A DNA stretch of 64,000 nucleotides from Camelus dromedarius (taxonomy: Eukaryota). Below, piece by piece: positions 12,531 to 24,793 of this stretch. How positions within the stretch are numbered: the stretch's first letter is position 1; each line of letters begins with the position of its first letter. The position numbers and the translations under genes were made by a program. The notes beneath the pieces are model-generated. The model did not search any database. It had not been told where the DNA came from and was given only the letters and a program-made list of their open reading frames with translations. The DNA lies in assembly GCF_036321535.1 (NCBI RefSeq), contig NC_087437.1:81842001-81906000 (forward strand), in the 5' to 3' direction.

Positions 12531-15500
12531 GGGTGAAACTTTACCCAATATAAACTGCCTTTTTAAAAATCATATTATGCAATTTTTCTGAGACTATAAT
12601 TCATATTCTAGATGTTGCTCCAAATAACAAGGGAGAGGAGATGAAAGAAAAGAGAACAAAGATTGGGGGAAGAGGTAGAAAGAAAAAACAAACAGGCAGG
12701 AACAGGAGTCACAAATGACTAATTAGTCTCTATGAGGATGATATGGTATCTACATATGTGAAGTTAAATCATAGCCTGAACAGAAACGCCTTCCACCTAC
12801 TCCATGGTGAATTCTCCCCCACTGTCCCCTGCCACAACACCCTGGCACTTGCCAAAACACACACAAAGAAAAAAGTCTGAGAGGAATTGGCCCTAAAGGA
12901 ACCTAATTTAATAAGTGGGTTTGGCTTAATCCCATGGGCCTTGTCCAAATTCATCTTGAAAGAGATGAACATGAGATGGGTAAAGGAAAATGTTCCCTCT
13001 GCATCACCACACAGGGATGGCACAATGAGGGTCTACTCTCCAAACCCTAGATTAGTTCTAAATACAAAGTGCCATCTAAAACAGACAAAGACAGAACCAG
13101 GTGACATTCTGTATTCAAAGGTTTTCCTTATAGTTTGGCAAACTTTCACAGATTTATTGTTTTGACAACTCAAGAACTACTGGTCAGAGTTTTAAAGAAA
13201 TCAAACCACCTCTCATCTTCCTATTCCCATAATTGCAGGAGAGCTTTAGAATTCCACCATCTTTTAGATTCCCTGATTTATACTGGCTTTTAACTTGTCT
13301 TCTTTTATTTTGAGTATCAGGAAAAAAATATTTTTAAAAGTATAATAAAGCTTCCATGGAAAGAGAACTTAGAAAAAGAAGAGGACCCAAAATTGTAAAA
13401 TCTCTGTCTCATTATCATAAATCTTTTGCTTCTATCAGGTGAAAGACATAAGCCTGAGAACCAGATTGTGGCTTGTCCCTACAACTATTTCTGTGGCAGT
13501 GACTGGCATGTCCTGGATAGTTCTCCCATCTCATTAGGAGTCTGTTATTTGAAAAGCAATCATGTTGTATTGATATGTCCTCTTTAAACAAGAGTTGGCC
13601 AGGGAGAGTTTCCAGGTTGGCCATTTTCCCTTTGACAGTTTCTCACCTTATAATGGGAATCTGGGTGTGCCCCCCAAGGCAAACCAAAACAAAAGAGAAC
13701 TTGAGTAATAAAATAAATCATGAAAATATAATAGCTTTATATAAATACACTTTATAAAAACACCATTATTATGAAATTCTATGACATATAAAGAAAATGA
13801 GATGATTAAAAAAAGAAAGAAGGAAATTGGGAGATGACCTTTAAAAGAAAGAGGTATTACCAAAGCACAGTTTCTAATAGTTTTCAGAAAACAGAAAGTT
13901 CATTTTATTACAATTTGCCAAACTTACTGGCTATAGAATGGACTTTGAAAAGACTTCTAGAACATGATAGAAGATCTGTAGAGAAAATAGCAGAAGGAAG
14001 ATCATGCATTCGAGAGTGCAAAAGGCCTCCGGAAAACAGATTTCAAAGAACACATTCACACAAAGGAAGAAGGCCCTTGATTTCTCATAAAAGCACAACT
14101 CTGACATCTTGTCTATTCCCAGAGTGCAGAGAGCAGATTCAGTAGCAGAAACCTTTGCCTTGCATTTTGGAGCAGCCTTGGGAGAGCAGCAGAGAGCTCT
14201 CCACAGTCTGCCCAGAGGGCCCCGGGGGGCTTTCTGATTTAGAGCTCTGGTCCTCCTCTGCAGGATAAACAGCTCTGGATTCTTCTTTAATGACAACAGC
14301 ATATCAGCTCCTTTTGAGGTTAAGGCATACATAAACAGGATCTGCCTCAAATTTTCCAGTCATGGAGGAGGGAAGGCAAAAAAAAAAAAAAAAAAAAAAA
14401 GCCCCCACAGACCTTTTCGTGCAGTTAACTGTGGAAGACGACTTGCTTTGACTCACATGCAAGACTGAATAAAGGAAATAAGGGAGAACCACAGTATGAA
14501 AAATGTCCCCAGAAAGGAAACAGGAAAAGCACTACTTCTGTGTGTGAGAATATCGGTGGACACTCAGAGGGGAGAAAGGTATTGCTGAACTCTATGGTTT
14601 TAAAAGAAAAGGGATGCAAGCTTAAGAAGAATAAATGACTAGAAAGGGTCCTTCAAGTGTTTCTGGTGCCAAAACCTACAGAGGCATCAAACTGGAAGTC
14701 TTGCCCAGTAAGCACCCTGTTCTTCACTTAGAATATTAAAGTGAACATTGGCTGTTAATTTAGTAGGGGAACCAGTAGGCAATTTTCCAGGATCCCTTGA
14801 TTGATAAGATCATTGGCTCACACCTAGAAAATAATGCAGTTGGGCCCTCAACGAGTGAGAACCTTGAGAGCTTTAATTACCTCTCCAGATTGAAAGTTGT
14901 CACACAGACTCTCTTTGGGAGGAAACCAGAAGCCAATGATAGCTAATAGAAAAAGAGACCAGGGCAGGAAGAAGAGGGCCAGAGTTGGAATCAGGAGGGA
15001 AAGCCAGACATGGATCACTTGGTGAAGAAGAGGCTTGGCCAGGATAGGGCAATTTTGAAGCAGTGTAATAGAAAGGCTTGAGCCTGGACCAAGAAAGTTA
15101 TGTCCAGGGTCAGCCTCCAGCATATCAAAGATGGGGCTGGGCTATGACTAGAATCAGGAGTAGGAAGACTCCTTGGGCTTTTCTGAACCTCCTCTGTCCC
15201 TCCTTCCAAGTAAGTTTCAGTGAATGCTTTGAAAGTGGGGAAGGTTTAGAAAGAGGAAACAATATTCACTGACTGCTTTGCTCAGGTAGGGGCCAGGCTA
15301 CAGCAAGATGGGAGAGGCCGACAGTCTTGGCAGGGACTGAACCCCTTCTTAGATAGTTCTCCTCCAGGGAACGGGAGGTCATGATCCCTGGACCCACAAG
15401 TTTCTTCATTATATCCAGCTAGTTGTATAACAAGTGCAGGCTCTTAATTAAAAGATGGAGTAGGTGAGAGAAAATCAGGATAAAATATATTTTCCCCCTC

Positions 15501-15800
15501 ACTTTCCCAACAGAAATCAATAATGGTATGTCTGAAGCAGGGGCAATTATAAGGACTTGACATGAAAAGGAAGTTTGGAAGTATTAGTCCAATAAAAGAG
15601 TAGTTTCTCTTTAAAAACAAACGTAAGTCTCAAGTTAAAAAAGGGGGCATTACATAGGACAGAGTTTAATAAGGAAAATCACACAGAGAGAAAACCACAA
15701 TATTACTGGTCTAAAATTTTTTCTCATAGGCAACTTTTGATGGGTTTGGGCAGCATCTTATTACAACCATTACAACCACATATATTCTCTTAAATTGGCA

Positions 15801-15954
15801 CAATTGATCTTTAGGTTACATACCTTGCAATGCACTTAGGTTACAAGAATAAAGCAACATTATTTGAAATTCCAATCCAATTGATCTTTAGGTTATGTAC
15901 CTTGCAATGCACTTAGATTACGAGAATAAAGCAACATTATTTAAAATTCCAGTC
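15801..15954. repeat. 77-bp tandem duplication
   Basis: Copies at 15801-15877 and 15878-15954, each beginning caattgatctttaggtta, with 6 substitutions between them. Confidence 0.95.
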
Positions 15955-16008
15955 CTAAGAAACAGCAGAGTATTCAAAATCAGTACCAGTGTGAAAATAC
16001 AGTTTTAA

Positions 16009-16091
16009 AGATTTTTTTTTTTAATAGAGGTACTGGGGATTGAACCCAGGATGCTAAGTGTACGATCTACTACTGAGCTATACCCACTCCC
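16009..16091 (-). mobile_element. Camelid tRNA-derived SINE (vic-1 type), short internal deletion
   Basis: gaggtactggggattgaacccagg...atgctaag...tactgagctataccc with a poly-T. TSD tgaaaatacagttttaa (15992-16008) / tgaaaatacatttttaa (16092-16108). Confidence 0.88.
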
Positions 16092-17536
16092 TGAAAATAC
16101 ATTTTTAATTCACTGTTTATAAGAGAGCAATCACTTCTGATGACTCTTATCAGTTTTACTCTTATCACATTCTTTTAGTATTATGGTGACCAACTTCCCT
16201 CAAAAATTTGCATGGGGAGCAATGATCCCCTGCTCCCCATCCTCACTCCAGCCAAAAACTAATTTCAATCAATATCCTAGAGCACCATTCAATGTTTCTC
16301 ACGTTAATGAGATTCATGTCTGAGCTCTAGCCTTAACAGGGGTGAGCAGAGAGCATCCAGCATTAGCCATTTGGTAATAATTATCCAAAGCCATGGCCTC
16401 TTTTATGTATACCTTATGGCAATGCCATGTGTGTATCCGTAATCAAATGCTGTTAATTTTTAATGGGTAAGTTTTCTATTTGGGTATCAAAAAAGTTAAG
16501 AATTATGTTTGAAATGAGAATGAAAAAAAATGAGAAAAATCTCCCAATGTACCATAGACTTGAAATGCCCTATCACACCAGATTTTTTTTTTTTTTTAAG
16601 TTTGTCAAAATGAGCTGGAATTTTACAGCTTTAGTGCCCTCTACAGCTCATGTCCAGGGCAGATACCACCTCTCAGTCTTACAGCAAATCCATGACTTCT
16701 TACACACTCACAAATGGACTGGTTTGCCACTACCCTCCCCCCACCCATTCTGAAATTTCTGGCAAAAAAGAGATCTGTCAAAACAGGTTACTTGTATTTT
16801 TATTGGTTCCTCCAGACCATGACGACATTTCCTGAAAGGCAGTGCCAGGAAACTATTAATGTCTGTGAAAAAGAAGTGAAAGTTCTTATAAGTATAAACT
16901 GTCTGGTGCCCCAGGAGACTGCAGCCTGAAGGAACCACTGGTCTTTAGACTGTGACACTGATTCAGTTGGCTGCTATACTGGAACTCCAAAATACCACCA
17001 TCAGAAGAGAGAGGAAAAAAAAAAGAGGTCTGGGAGATACAACAGGCCTTTTCCTCCCTTTCTCTTAACCACTTGCTAACCTAAAGTAGAGGAGCTGAGC
17101 AGGCAGCTAATGACTGGCTCAGGCAAGACTGTAACACCAATTAGTTAATTCATTCAAGTAGTTAATGGATTCTTTCCCGAGCAGGAGGGGTAATAAGGTC
17201 TACACCTGGAAGAGGAGAGTGTGGCCTTTCCCACAAATGGGAAAAATTCAGGAACAGAATTGCACCTTTTTAAAGGACCTCAGTGATTCAGCTAAGGCTA
17301 GAGTCACGCTGTGTGAGTACTTCACATGGCTGAACTTAAAGGAAGCAGGGGCTTTACAGAAGACTGGAAACTAAATTAAACAAAACTTGTTTGAGGCACT
17401 GAACCTTTAGGAGACTTTCAAGCATTTCAACTGATACATTATTAAGTGCCAAAATCACGTGTGTGCATTCTAAGGTTGTAACTGGGTTTGTGGAGCAGAA
17501 AGGCAGCGCACTGCACTGTCAGATCCTTCTATTTCA

Positions 17537-17552
17537 CAGCGCCACCTGCTGG
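17537..17552 (-). promoter_or_regulatory. CTCF core motif
   Basis: Minus strand CCAGCAGGTGGCGCTG matches the CCASYAGRKGGCRS-type consensus closely. It lies in non-repeat sequence with retained CpGs nearby. Confidence 0.65.
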
Positions 17553-18144
17553 GTGATGGCGGAAAGAGCTGAACCTTCTTTCTTGGATTAATAAATTTAG
17601 GAATCCAAAGAAAGAAAAGTCTTTACTCTTTCCACTGAACCCAAAACACTGAGAAACAGTGCTCTTTATGGTGGCAAGTTCACAAAGAAGGGGATAGCTC
17701 TGCTCATCTTTGCTGCTGTCCTAGCCACCCACAGTCCAGGGACGAGTGTTTCCTTGGAAATGTCCAAACAGGAAACAGGAGCATTAAAATCAGGAACATA
17801 AAATATGGGCCTTACATGCCAACTAACCACATGCCCATCTTAATAGCCAGGTCATCTTTAAAAGCTGGATGGTTTTCTCATTATCTTCAAAAGAGCACTG
17901 TATGTGTCTCTTCCAGATGAAGTTAATTCTCTTCTCATAACTAACCCTCCTCAGGAGAACATTTAATAACTGGCCTCAAAATACTTGTGGCAGCTAAGAA
18001 AATAGTGTGGCTAAAGAAACATTCACTATCACATAAACCACTAGGTTCCATCTTGGGAATGTTAACAAGAAATTAATCTACATCCTAAGCACTGTTCACT
18101 TAACCTTGAACAGATATGTCAATTTCTCCTTGATGAAGAAGCTA

Positions 18145-18461
18145 TAGGCTCAAATACCTCATCAAAAATTCCTAGGCCAAATGTATCTGAGTATTTTTCA
18201 GATTCTAGAAAGGTAAAACAGTACGTATATTATGTATTATACAACACTTCCAGCAGGTTCTTGAGCAGAACCCACTAATCAAACAACATTCCTGCAGTAA
18301 GATATATGAATATTCACAGCCAATGATTAAAGACTCTGCTTAGACTTGTGACAGTTCAGGTCAGTTTTGTTGTCAAATGAGTTTGTATAAATCTTCTTAA
18401 AAACTCACACTTTTGGAGGCTTTTTGAACTTCAGAATTGAGGATAAGGGATTATGGGCCTG
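18145..18461. mobile_element. MER46C-like TcMar-Tigger element
   Basis: tttttcagattctagaaaggtaa...taatcaaac...tatgaatattcaca...cagttcaggtcagttttg...aaatgagtt...gaggataagggattatgggcctg. TA on the left flank. Confidence 0.8.
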
Positions 18462-18704
18462 CACAAGTCAGTCTTGATTTTAAGGAAAAGAGGCAAAGCA
18501 GTGGCATAGGATTCTTTAGAAGGCTGAAACACAGCTGTTTATCTTGGTTATTCGATTTTGTGGAAAGTTACTTAATATTTTTAGCCTTGGTTTTCTTACT
18601 GGTTGCATTGAGGCAGGGATGGTGCTGGGAGTGGCAGTGGGTAACGGTTCCTAGGTAGGTAGGAGGGAATCAGTACTCATCCAATGAGTACAAAGTTCCA
18701 GTCC

Positions 18705-19097
18705 TATGCTAATTGCTTCCAGTCTTCAGTGTTATAAACAATAATGTGATGTGATAAACAGCCTAGTAGCTAAATCTTTATACATGACCCTATGATTTCT
18801 TTGGGATAAATACCTTAAAGTGTAACTACTGGGTCAAAAGACACTCAAGTGGATAACTGTCTGTCCGTCTGTTTGACCGTCTGTCCATCCATCCCATTCA
18901 TCCATCCATCTGCGTTTATGATAACACTGCAAAATTGCCTTAAAGGTAATTTACACTCCTGACAGCAGTGTGCAAGAGCACCTATTTCCCTTGTATTTTT
19001 GTCAATGCCAGGTATGACCAACCATAAACAAAATTTTGCCAATTTGATATGTGAAAAATGATACTTCTTTGATTAAACATGCATTTCTCTGACTGCC
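18705..19097 (-). mobile_element. L1ME-like ORF2 fragment with internal (TCTG)/(TCCA) simple repeat
   Basis: ggataaatacctt...actactgggtcaaa...atttacactcctgacagcagtgtgcaagag...ttttgccaatttgata. Confidence 0.7.
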
Positions 19098-20829
19098 TTG
19101 GATTTTCACATGGGCTCTATGTAATCTTTCAGAATTTTATGAAGAAATTATTCCTAAATTTGCATCATTAGTGGTAGATCTGGATCTGTTTGGCTTCAGA
19201 GCTTACCATCCTTCCAGGACCCCTGTGAGTTTGAATTGCGTTGTGGAGGGGCCTGAAAGGGGCCTTGGAGGTGACTTGGGTTTTTGGAATATGGAGTGAC
19301 ACGAGGGCACAGATGAGTTGTAGGGGCAGCTTTGATCGTATCTATTTCCTACGTTGTGCTTCTATACAGTGCTTCTCTATTTTATTAACCTAGAGGCTGC
19401 CTAGGTGGCCAACGAAGCCTCTTTGAAACAGCATCCCTCATGGCTTAAGGCTTTGGAAGAGACAACAGTGATTGTATTTAAATTACTATTCATCACCTAC
19501 TCAGAGCATAGAACACAGTTTTTAAACTAGTTTATCATTAATCAATTTATTAACCAAAACCAGTATACTACTGACTTGGATAGCCTAGATGATCTTGTTA
19601 ATTCTAGATGTTCCTCCCTCCCATAAAGGCTTATACTGGCATTAAATAAACTTATATTTAAATAACATATCTGCAAAATTCACATGATATGAAAGCATTT
19701 TAGATAAAGTGAATTTAGGTCAGATTTCATCCACAAATCACTCACTGTTCTCAGTCATGTATACCAATGGAGAAATGGGACAAACCAGATCCAAGGATTC
19801 AACAAACATTCCAAAAGTCATCATCTTTCTTACATTCAAAATCCTCACCAGGGTCTTAGTTACTAGCTTTCCAAGGTTTGAGTATCATTCCTTCTGTACT
19901 ATTACCTGCCCCACAGAAGAGGCCCAAATAATGTGAAAATGCTGAGAAAGGGCAAGAAGGAAGTGGAAGGGTCAGTATAAATCAGTCCGAATAAGAATCC
20001 CCTACTCTAGGGCAACTGTAAGCACTGGAAATGTCTCTATTTCACAAATGAGATTTGAAAACACAGGCAGGGCTCCTGCGGTGCAAAGCTCCTAAGGATT
20101 TTATGTGACTGGTGCCCCAGGAGTGTGTATCCTGGTGACCCTGTCATGGATAACCTGATCTCAGTCTAGGCTTGCTCTTCTATATACAAAGCACACTTGA
20201 GCAGGAAATCTGTGTGGCAGACATATTTTCAGGTGTCTCTCTGAAGAAGACAAACAGATTTCTCTTGAAACAGAATATCCTAAGAGAAAACAAGAAACAA
20301 CTGGCTGTAAATATGCCACACAAAAATCTTCACACTGTGCCCCGGATTTCAGGAGCTGGTCTGGTCTCAGGTTGTTTAAGGAGCACAGCCTTCTGCATTA
20401 TCCTTGCTTTAATCCCCACTATCTGTGACTTCACCATCGAAACCATTTATTTAGTCTGCTTTCAAGCTCACCACATGGCAAATGACTGCCTACATGAACA
20501 AAACAATTCAGTTCTATAAGAATTCTTTGCAATTGAGACCCCTGGAGAGAGAGAAAAAAGTGTAATTGCCATCTAAAACATACCGAAATTTCTCTAAGTG
20601 GTTTTATAAATAAGTGACTGACTCTCATTAACAGAGGAAGAAAAAAGCCTCACAGAGCTGTAGGAGGCATTTCTGAATCATGCAGACATAGTAAAGCATA
20701 GTCATAATACCCCCATGAACTCTTAGTGATTAGAAATCCTAGTTTGAATTTACCAACTGACAGGTGGTCAAGGTAAAATAGATGATGTCTTTAGAAGTAA
20801 AGACCGTGTCTCTCACTTATACCCCTTCC

Positions 20830-21011
20830 AGTAGTGGGTCTCGAGCTTTAGTGTGTGTCAGAATCATCTAGAAGACTTTAAAAAACAAGCCACTGGGCCC
20901 CACCTCCAGTTTCTGACTCAGAAGTTCCAGGTGGGACCCAATAAATTGGTATATCGAACAAGTTCCCAGGTGATCCAGCTGGACCAGGGACCACATTTTG
21001 AGAGATGTCTG
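20830..21011. mobile_element. MER5A
   Basis: tcagaatcatctagaag...ctgggccccacctccagtttctgactcag...aacaagttcccaggtgat...gggaccacattttgaga. Confidence 0.75.
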
Positions 21012-21394
21012 CCTTATAATGCAGAGTCCACTATTAGTCAAATGGTAGCGTGAAAATAAATTTTTATTGATTAAATCAAATACATCTTAAAAAACAAAAG
21101 AAAAAAAAAAGTTTTCTTCTCCAGCCCAAATCTAAAATATACTGACATGCTGGTGGACTGTTAGTTGTTGGTGTATCAGCTGGCCATCTTATGATTACAT
21201 GGCAAGGAAAACAAACCAAAAGTGTCACCTGCAACTCAGCCTCACAATGGCGACAGCTATGGGGCACTATGGCAGTGGTAAATTATTAGAGTACCTTTTT
21301 AGGTAGGCAGAAAGAGTAACATGACAAATGGAAAACTAAGAAAGAAATCTTTAGGAGAATGATTTTCATGGTTGACAATTTCTAGGATAAGACA

Positions 21395-21550
21395 GCAGAG
21401 GGTAGAAGAAAGAGTATAGGCTGATATAGTTCAAGAGACCTGGGATTGAATCTAGATCGCCATAATGTTGGCAGTATTAAGCAAAATGACTTAATCTCTC
21501 TGACACTCCATTTCTTCACCTGTGACTTGGATGATGATAACCACCAGGAG
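21395..21550 (+). mobile_element. MIR
   Basis: agacctgggattgaatc...tgacttaatctctctgacactccatttcttcacctgt (MIR core). Confidence 0.6.
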
Positions 21551-21583
21551 AATTAAGAGTGACCTGGGAACTAAAGTTTAGAA

Positions 21584-21762
21584 CAATGGTTCTCAATCAA
21601 AATTACCTGGAGATTCTTATTAAAACATAAAAGCTTCTTAAAACACAGATTACTGGGCCACACCCCCAGAGATTTGGAATCAGTAGGTCTGGAGTAGGCC
21701 TGAGAATCTGTATTTTTGATGCCGATGCAGCCAGTTCTCAGACTACACGTTAAGCAGCACTG
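21584..21762. mobile_element. MER5A-family MITE
   Basis: caatggttctcaa...acagattactgggccacacccccagag...aatcagtaggtctggagtaggcctgagaatctgtattt...gcagcactg. Confidence 0.8.
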
Positions 21763-22583
21763 GGGCAGTGATCCACTTCCAGTTGCCACTAAACATCTAA
21801 ACATCACACCAAGTAGATTTCTTAATATATATCTCAATTACATCACTTTCCATATTCCTTTTTATGTCATTTGGGCTCATGGTTTTCAACTCTATCACAC
21901 TTTCCTTAAAAGAACTGCGTCTTATTTCTCCTTATATTGAACATAATGCCTAGCACAGTATTTTGCTGTGCGCACACAGTTGTGTGTGTGTATGTGTATG
22001 TGTGTGAGAGACATATGTTGGTAGGGTGATATATATATATATTGCATTTATGGACAGCAACAGGAATACATGCTTGTTTGGTTACGTAGGTTTCTTTTTA
22101 TTCATATCTGCCCTCTACCAATCTATTTACTGCATGGAAATCTAATTGCTGAATTTCTTAAAAAATTAGTTGTTTGGCAAAACCAGTCTTATGTGTTAGA
22201 TGGCAATACGGAACTTATTAAAAGCATTCTTATGTATGAGTATGATTTGCCAACATGTCCTCAATGAATATGAGGCTAAGGAAAACCAGCAAGTGGAAAT
22301 CAAAAGTTCCATTAGGAAGGACTGCAAGCATTTTCCAAGCCCTCTGCCAGAGTCTCCTTTCCTCCAATCCAGGGTCTTCTATCCCCCAGAGAGCCAAGGA
22401 GTCTTTAACTAAGTTCTCTGCATTTAATATTGGGTTGCATATGTCAAAACATAAAGAATGAAAACTGGCTTATGCCATAAATTAAGTCAGTAAGTTACAA
22501 CACACTTAACCCAGCATGGTGCTGGCAAACACACACACCAGTCCCACATCTGATGATTGGCTTTAATGTTAAGAAAAAAAAAA

Positions 22584-22603
22584 GTGTGTGTGTGTGTGTG
22601 TGT
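22584..22603. repeat. (GT)10 microsatellite abutting an A-run
   Basis: Read directly from the sequence. Confidence 0.9.
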
Positions 22604-24654
22604 AGGTAGTTGAAAAGAGAGAGGCAGTGGGCCTGGGGAGCTGGTGACAAATTTGTCCTTTAAGATATACAGGAAATACTCTGAGGTTTTATCTACTTAG
22701 TAAGTTAAATTGCAAAGCAGAAGCTCATCTAATGTTTACTTTGATACATCCTCCGTCTTCCCCATCTACTACATCCCAAATACATTCTCAGAAGAAAATT
22801 TCTCTAACTCCGAAAGAAAACAGAGCCCTTGAAGTTTTAAAGCAGACTAAAACTCATTTTCAAAATCTCCATTCTTCTGGGATCTCTGAAATGAGAAATA
22901 ATGAAACAAAACCCAAACAAACAAACAAAAAAGGCTCTTCCACCTGCTTCTAGAAGATCCAGAAATTTGAGGTTTGAGAGGAGGACTAGAAGCACCTTTT
23001 CCAGCCTTTGGTGTGAGCATTCAGTACTGGCCATGGTTATGCTCAACAGTATTAGTCTGTGATGATCTCAGGGGGAAATGTGGAGAGATTTTAACATTTG
23101 ATTAGGTTTCATCTCCATACTTCAAATAAGAGAACAAATCAGTTTATCTCTTTAACTGATCCCTCTTCACAGACAAGAAATGAGATGCTTTTAAAAATTA
23201 GTTTTCCACTGTGCCCTGAAGTCCGGAGTTTTGGTGAGGTTTTACATAGATTGACTTCTTTTCTTATGACCCTGTAAATGCGAAACCAAAACAAACAAAC
23301 AAACAAAATAAACAAAAAGTAGCTCATCAAGTTTTTTTTTAAATGAAAAATCAAGCCTCCAAAGTAAAAAAGTCTTAAACTAAGACCTAAAAGACTGTCA
23401 AACTCTGGACAAGAAAGTATTCATCTCTGCACAACTGTTGCTAATTGTTCAGGGTGGGGTAGAAGCTCGAGTTTTTAAATTTGGTTTATAAAGTTCCTTA
23501 AAAACTCGTATACATATGATATGTATTTATAAATTTATATAAATTAATTCACCCAGAGAAAACTAAGGCCATCATTCTTTAAATTATAGTAATAAGCTAT
23601 TCAGATAATATAATAATACAGTAATGATAATTAAAATCATGGTAATAATACAGCTATTCAGATATTCAGTAATAAGCCATTCGGATTCTTAATGGTTGGC
23701 TGAAATTGTTAACGATGCAGCCAATTTTAAAATTTTCTGTTAAATTTTTTTTTAAAAAATTGGGGCGAAAGGGAAAAAGAAGAATACCAAGGGTTATTTG
23801 GGAATAAGCAGAACAGAAGTGGAATTTTGGGGTAAAAAGGTTTTAGATGGCTAACACGTGGCAGGTGAGGGGACTGGTATTTCAGCAGTAAAGAAAACAG
23901 GGTGCCAAGTGGTAAAATAATGACATTTATTCTGGATTGAAACATTTAATCTAGGTTGAAATTCTTCTGACTTTGGCAGCAGTGCTCTCTAAATTCTACT
24001 CTAGAGGATGCCTGAGAACTCCTAGGATTTTAGTCTCATGCAAAAGGAAACATCTGTTTCTATGCTCCTCTTCTGTTGAACAAAAAGTCTACTGGCTCAG
24101 AGAGATGAAGTGAGCTGCTGAAGGTTACAGGACTAGAACCAGGTTTCATGATGTCCAAACTGTCCAAGCAACTGAGAACAGGGAGACCAGCTGTGACAGT
24201 CATCTAGGCTGGAGGGGATGAGGCTTGGATCAGAGTGGTGGTAGGATGAATGCTGAGGAACCAGGACAAAGCTACACCACAGTGACATCCTGGCCTGGGA
24301 GAAGACTGGATTTCCTCAAGCCTAAGATACACGGCTTTTAAGCTTCTTTTATAGTTTAAGAATTTTTTGAGATTAGGATGCAGCTTACAGTCACTGCTAA
24401 GAGAGGCAGAAGAGATGATACAGCTGTCACTGCCCATGCAGGTGCCAATGACACAAATGTCTAGGAGGAGAGAGGAGCATCTTGAAGCTTGGAGAAGCTG
24501 GTGTGACTGTGAGGGGCTGAATGCAACGCATGCAGCGGCACAGAGGACAAGTGGGGAGTAATGGACAGTAAGGCTGAAAACGTCCTACGTTAAAGAAGAC
24601 AGGATTACCACAGGTAGTAGACACTTCCAGATCTCTCAGTACTACCAAGGAGGG

Positions 24655-24685
24655 AATACAGAGTGGTGGTTAAAAGTGAAGGCTC
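24655..24685 (+). mobile_element. MIR 5' piece
   Basis: agagtggtggttaaaagtgaaggctc. The element continues at 26906. Confidence 0.6.
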
Positions 24686-24793
24686 TCAATTTGGGAAGAT
24701 GAAAAAGTTCTGGAGACGGATAGTGGTGTTGGTTGCACAACAGTGTGAATGTACTTAATGCCACTGAATTGCAGTTAAAAATGGTTAAAATGA
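24686..24793 (+). mobile_element. L1MB-like 3' end, left piece
   Basis: tttgggaagatgaaaaagttctggagacggatagtggtgttggttgcacaacagtgtgaatgtacttaatgccactgaattg...aaaatggttaaaatg. Confidence 0.9.

Noticed and set aside
10428..15954. Direct repeats as a CRISPR-like array
   Set aside because: They are two unrelated two-copy tandem duplications with no spacers, in eukaryotic DNA.
16792..16862. Minus-strand exon candidate (strong acceptor)
   Set aside because: 71 nt is not frame-preserving, the donor CAA|gtaacc is weak, and the peptide is unrecognised.
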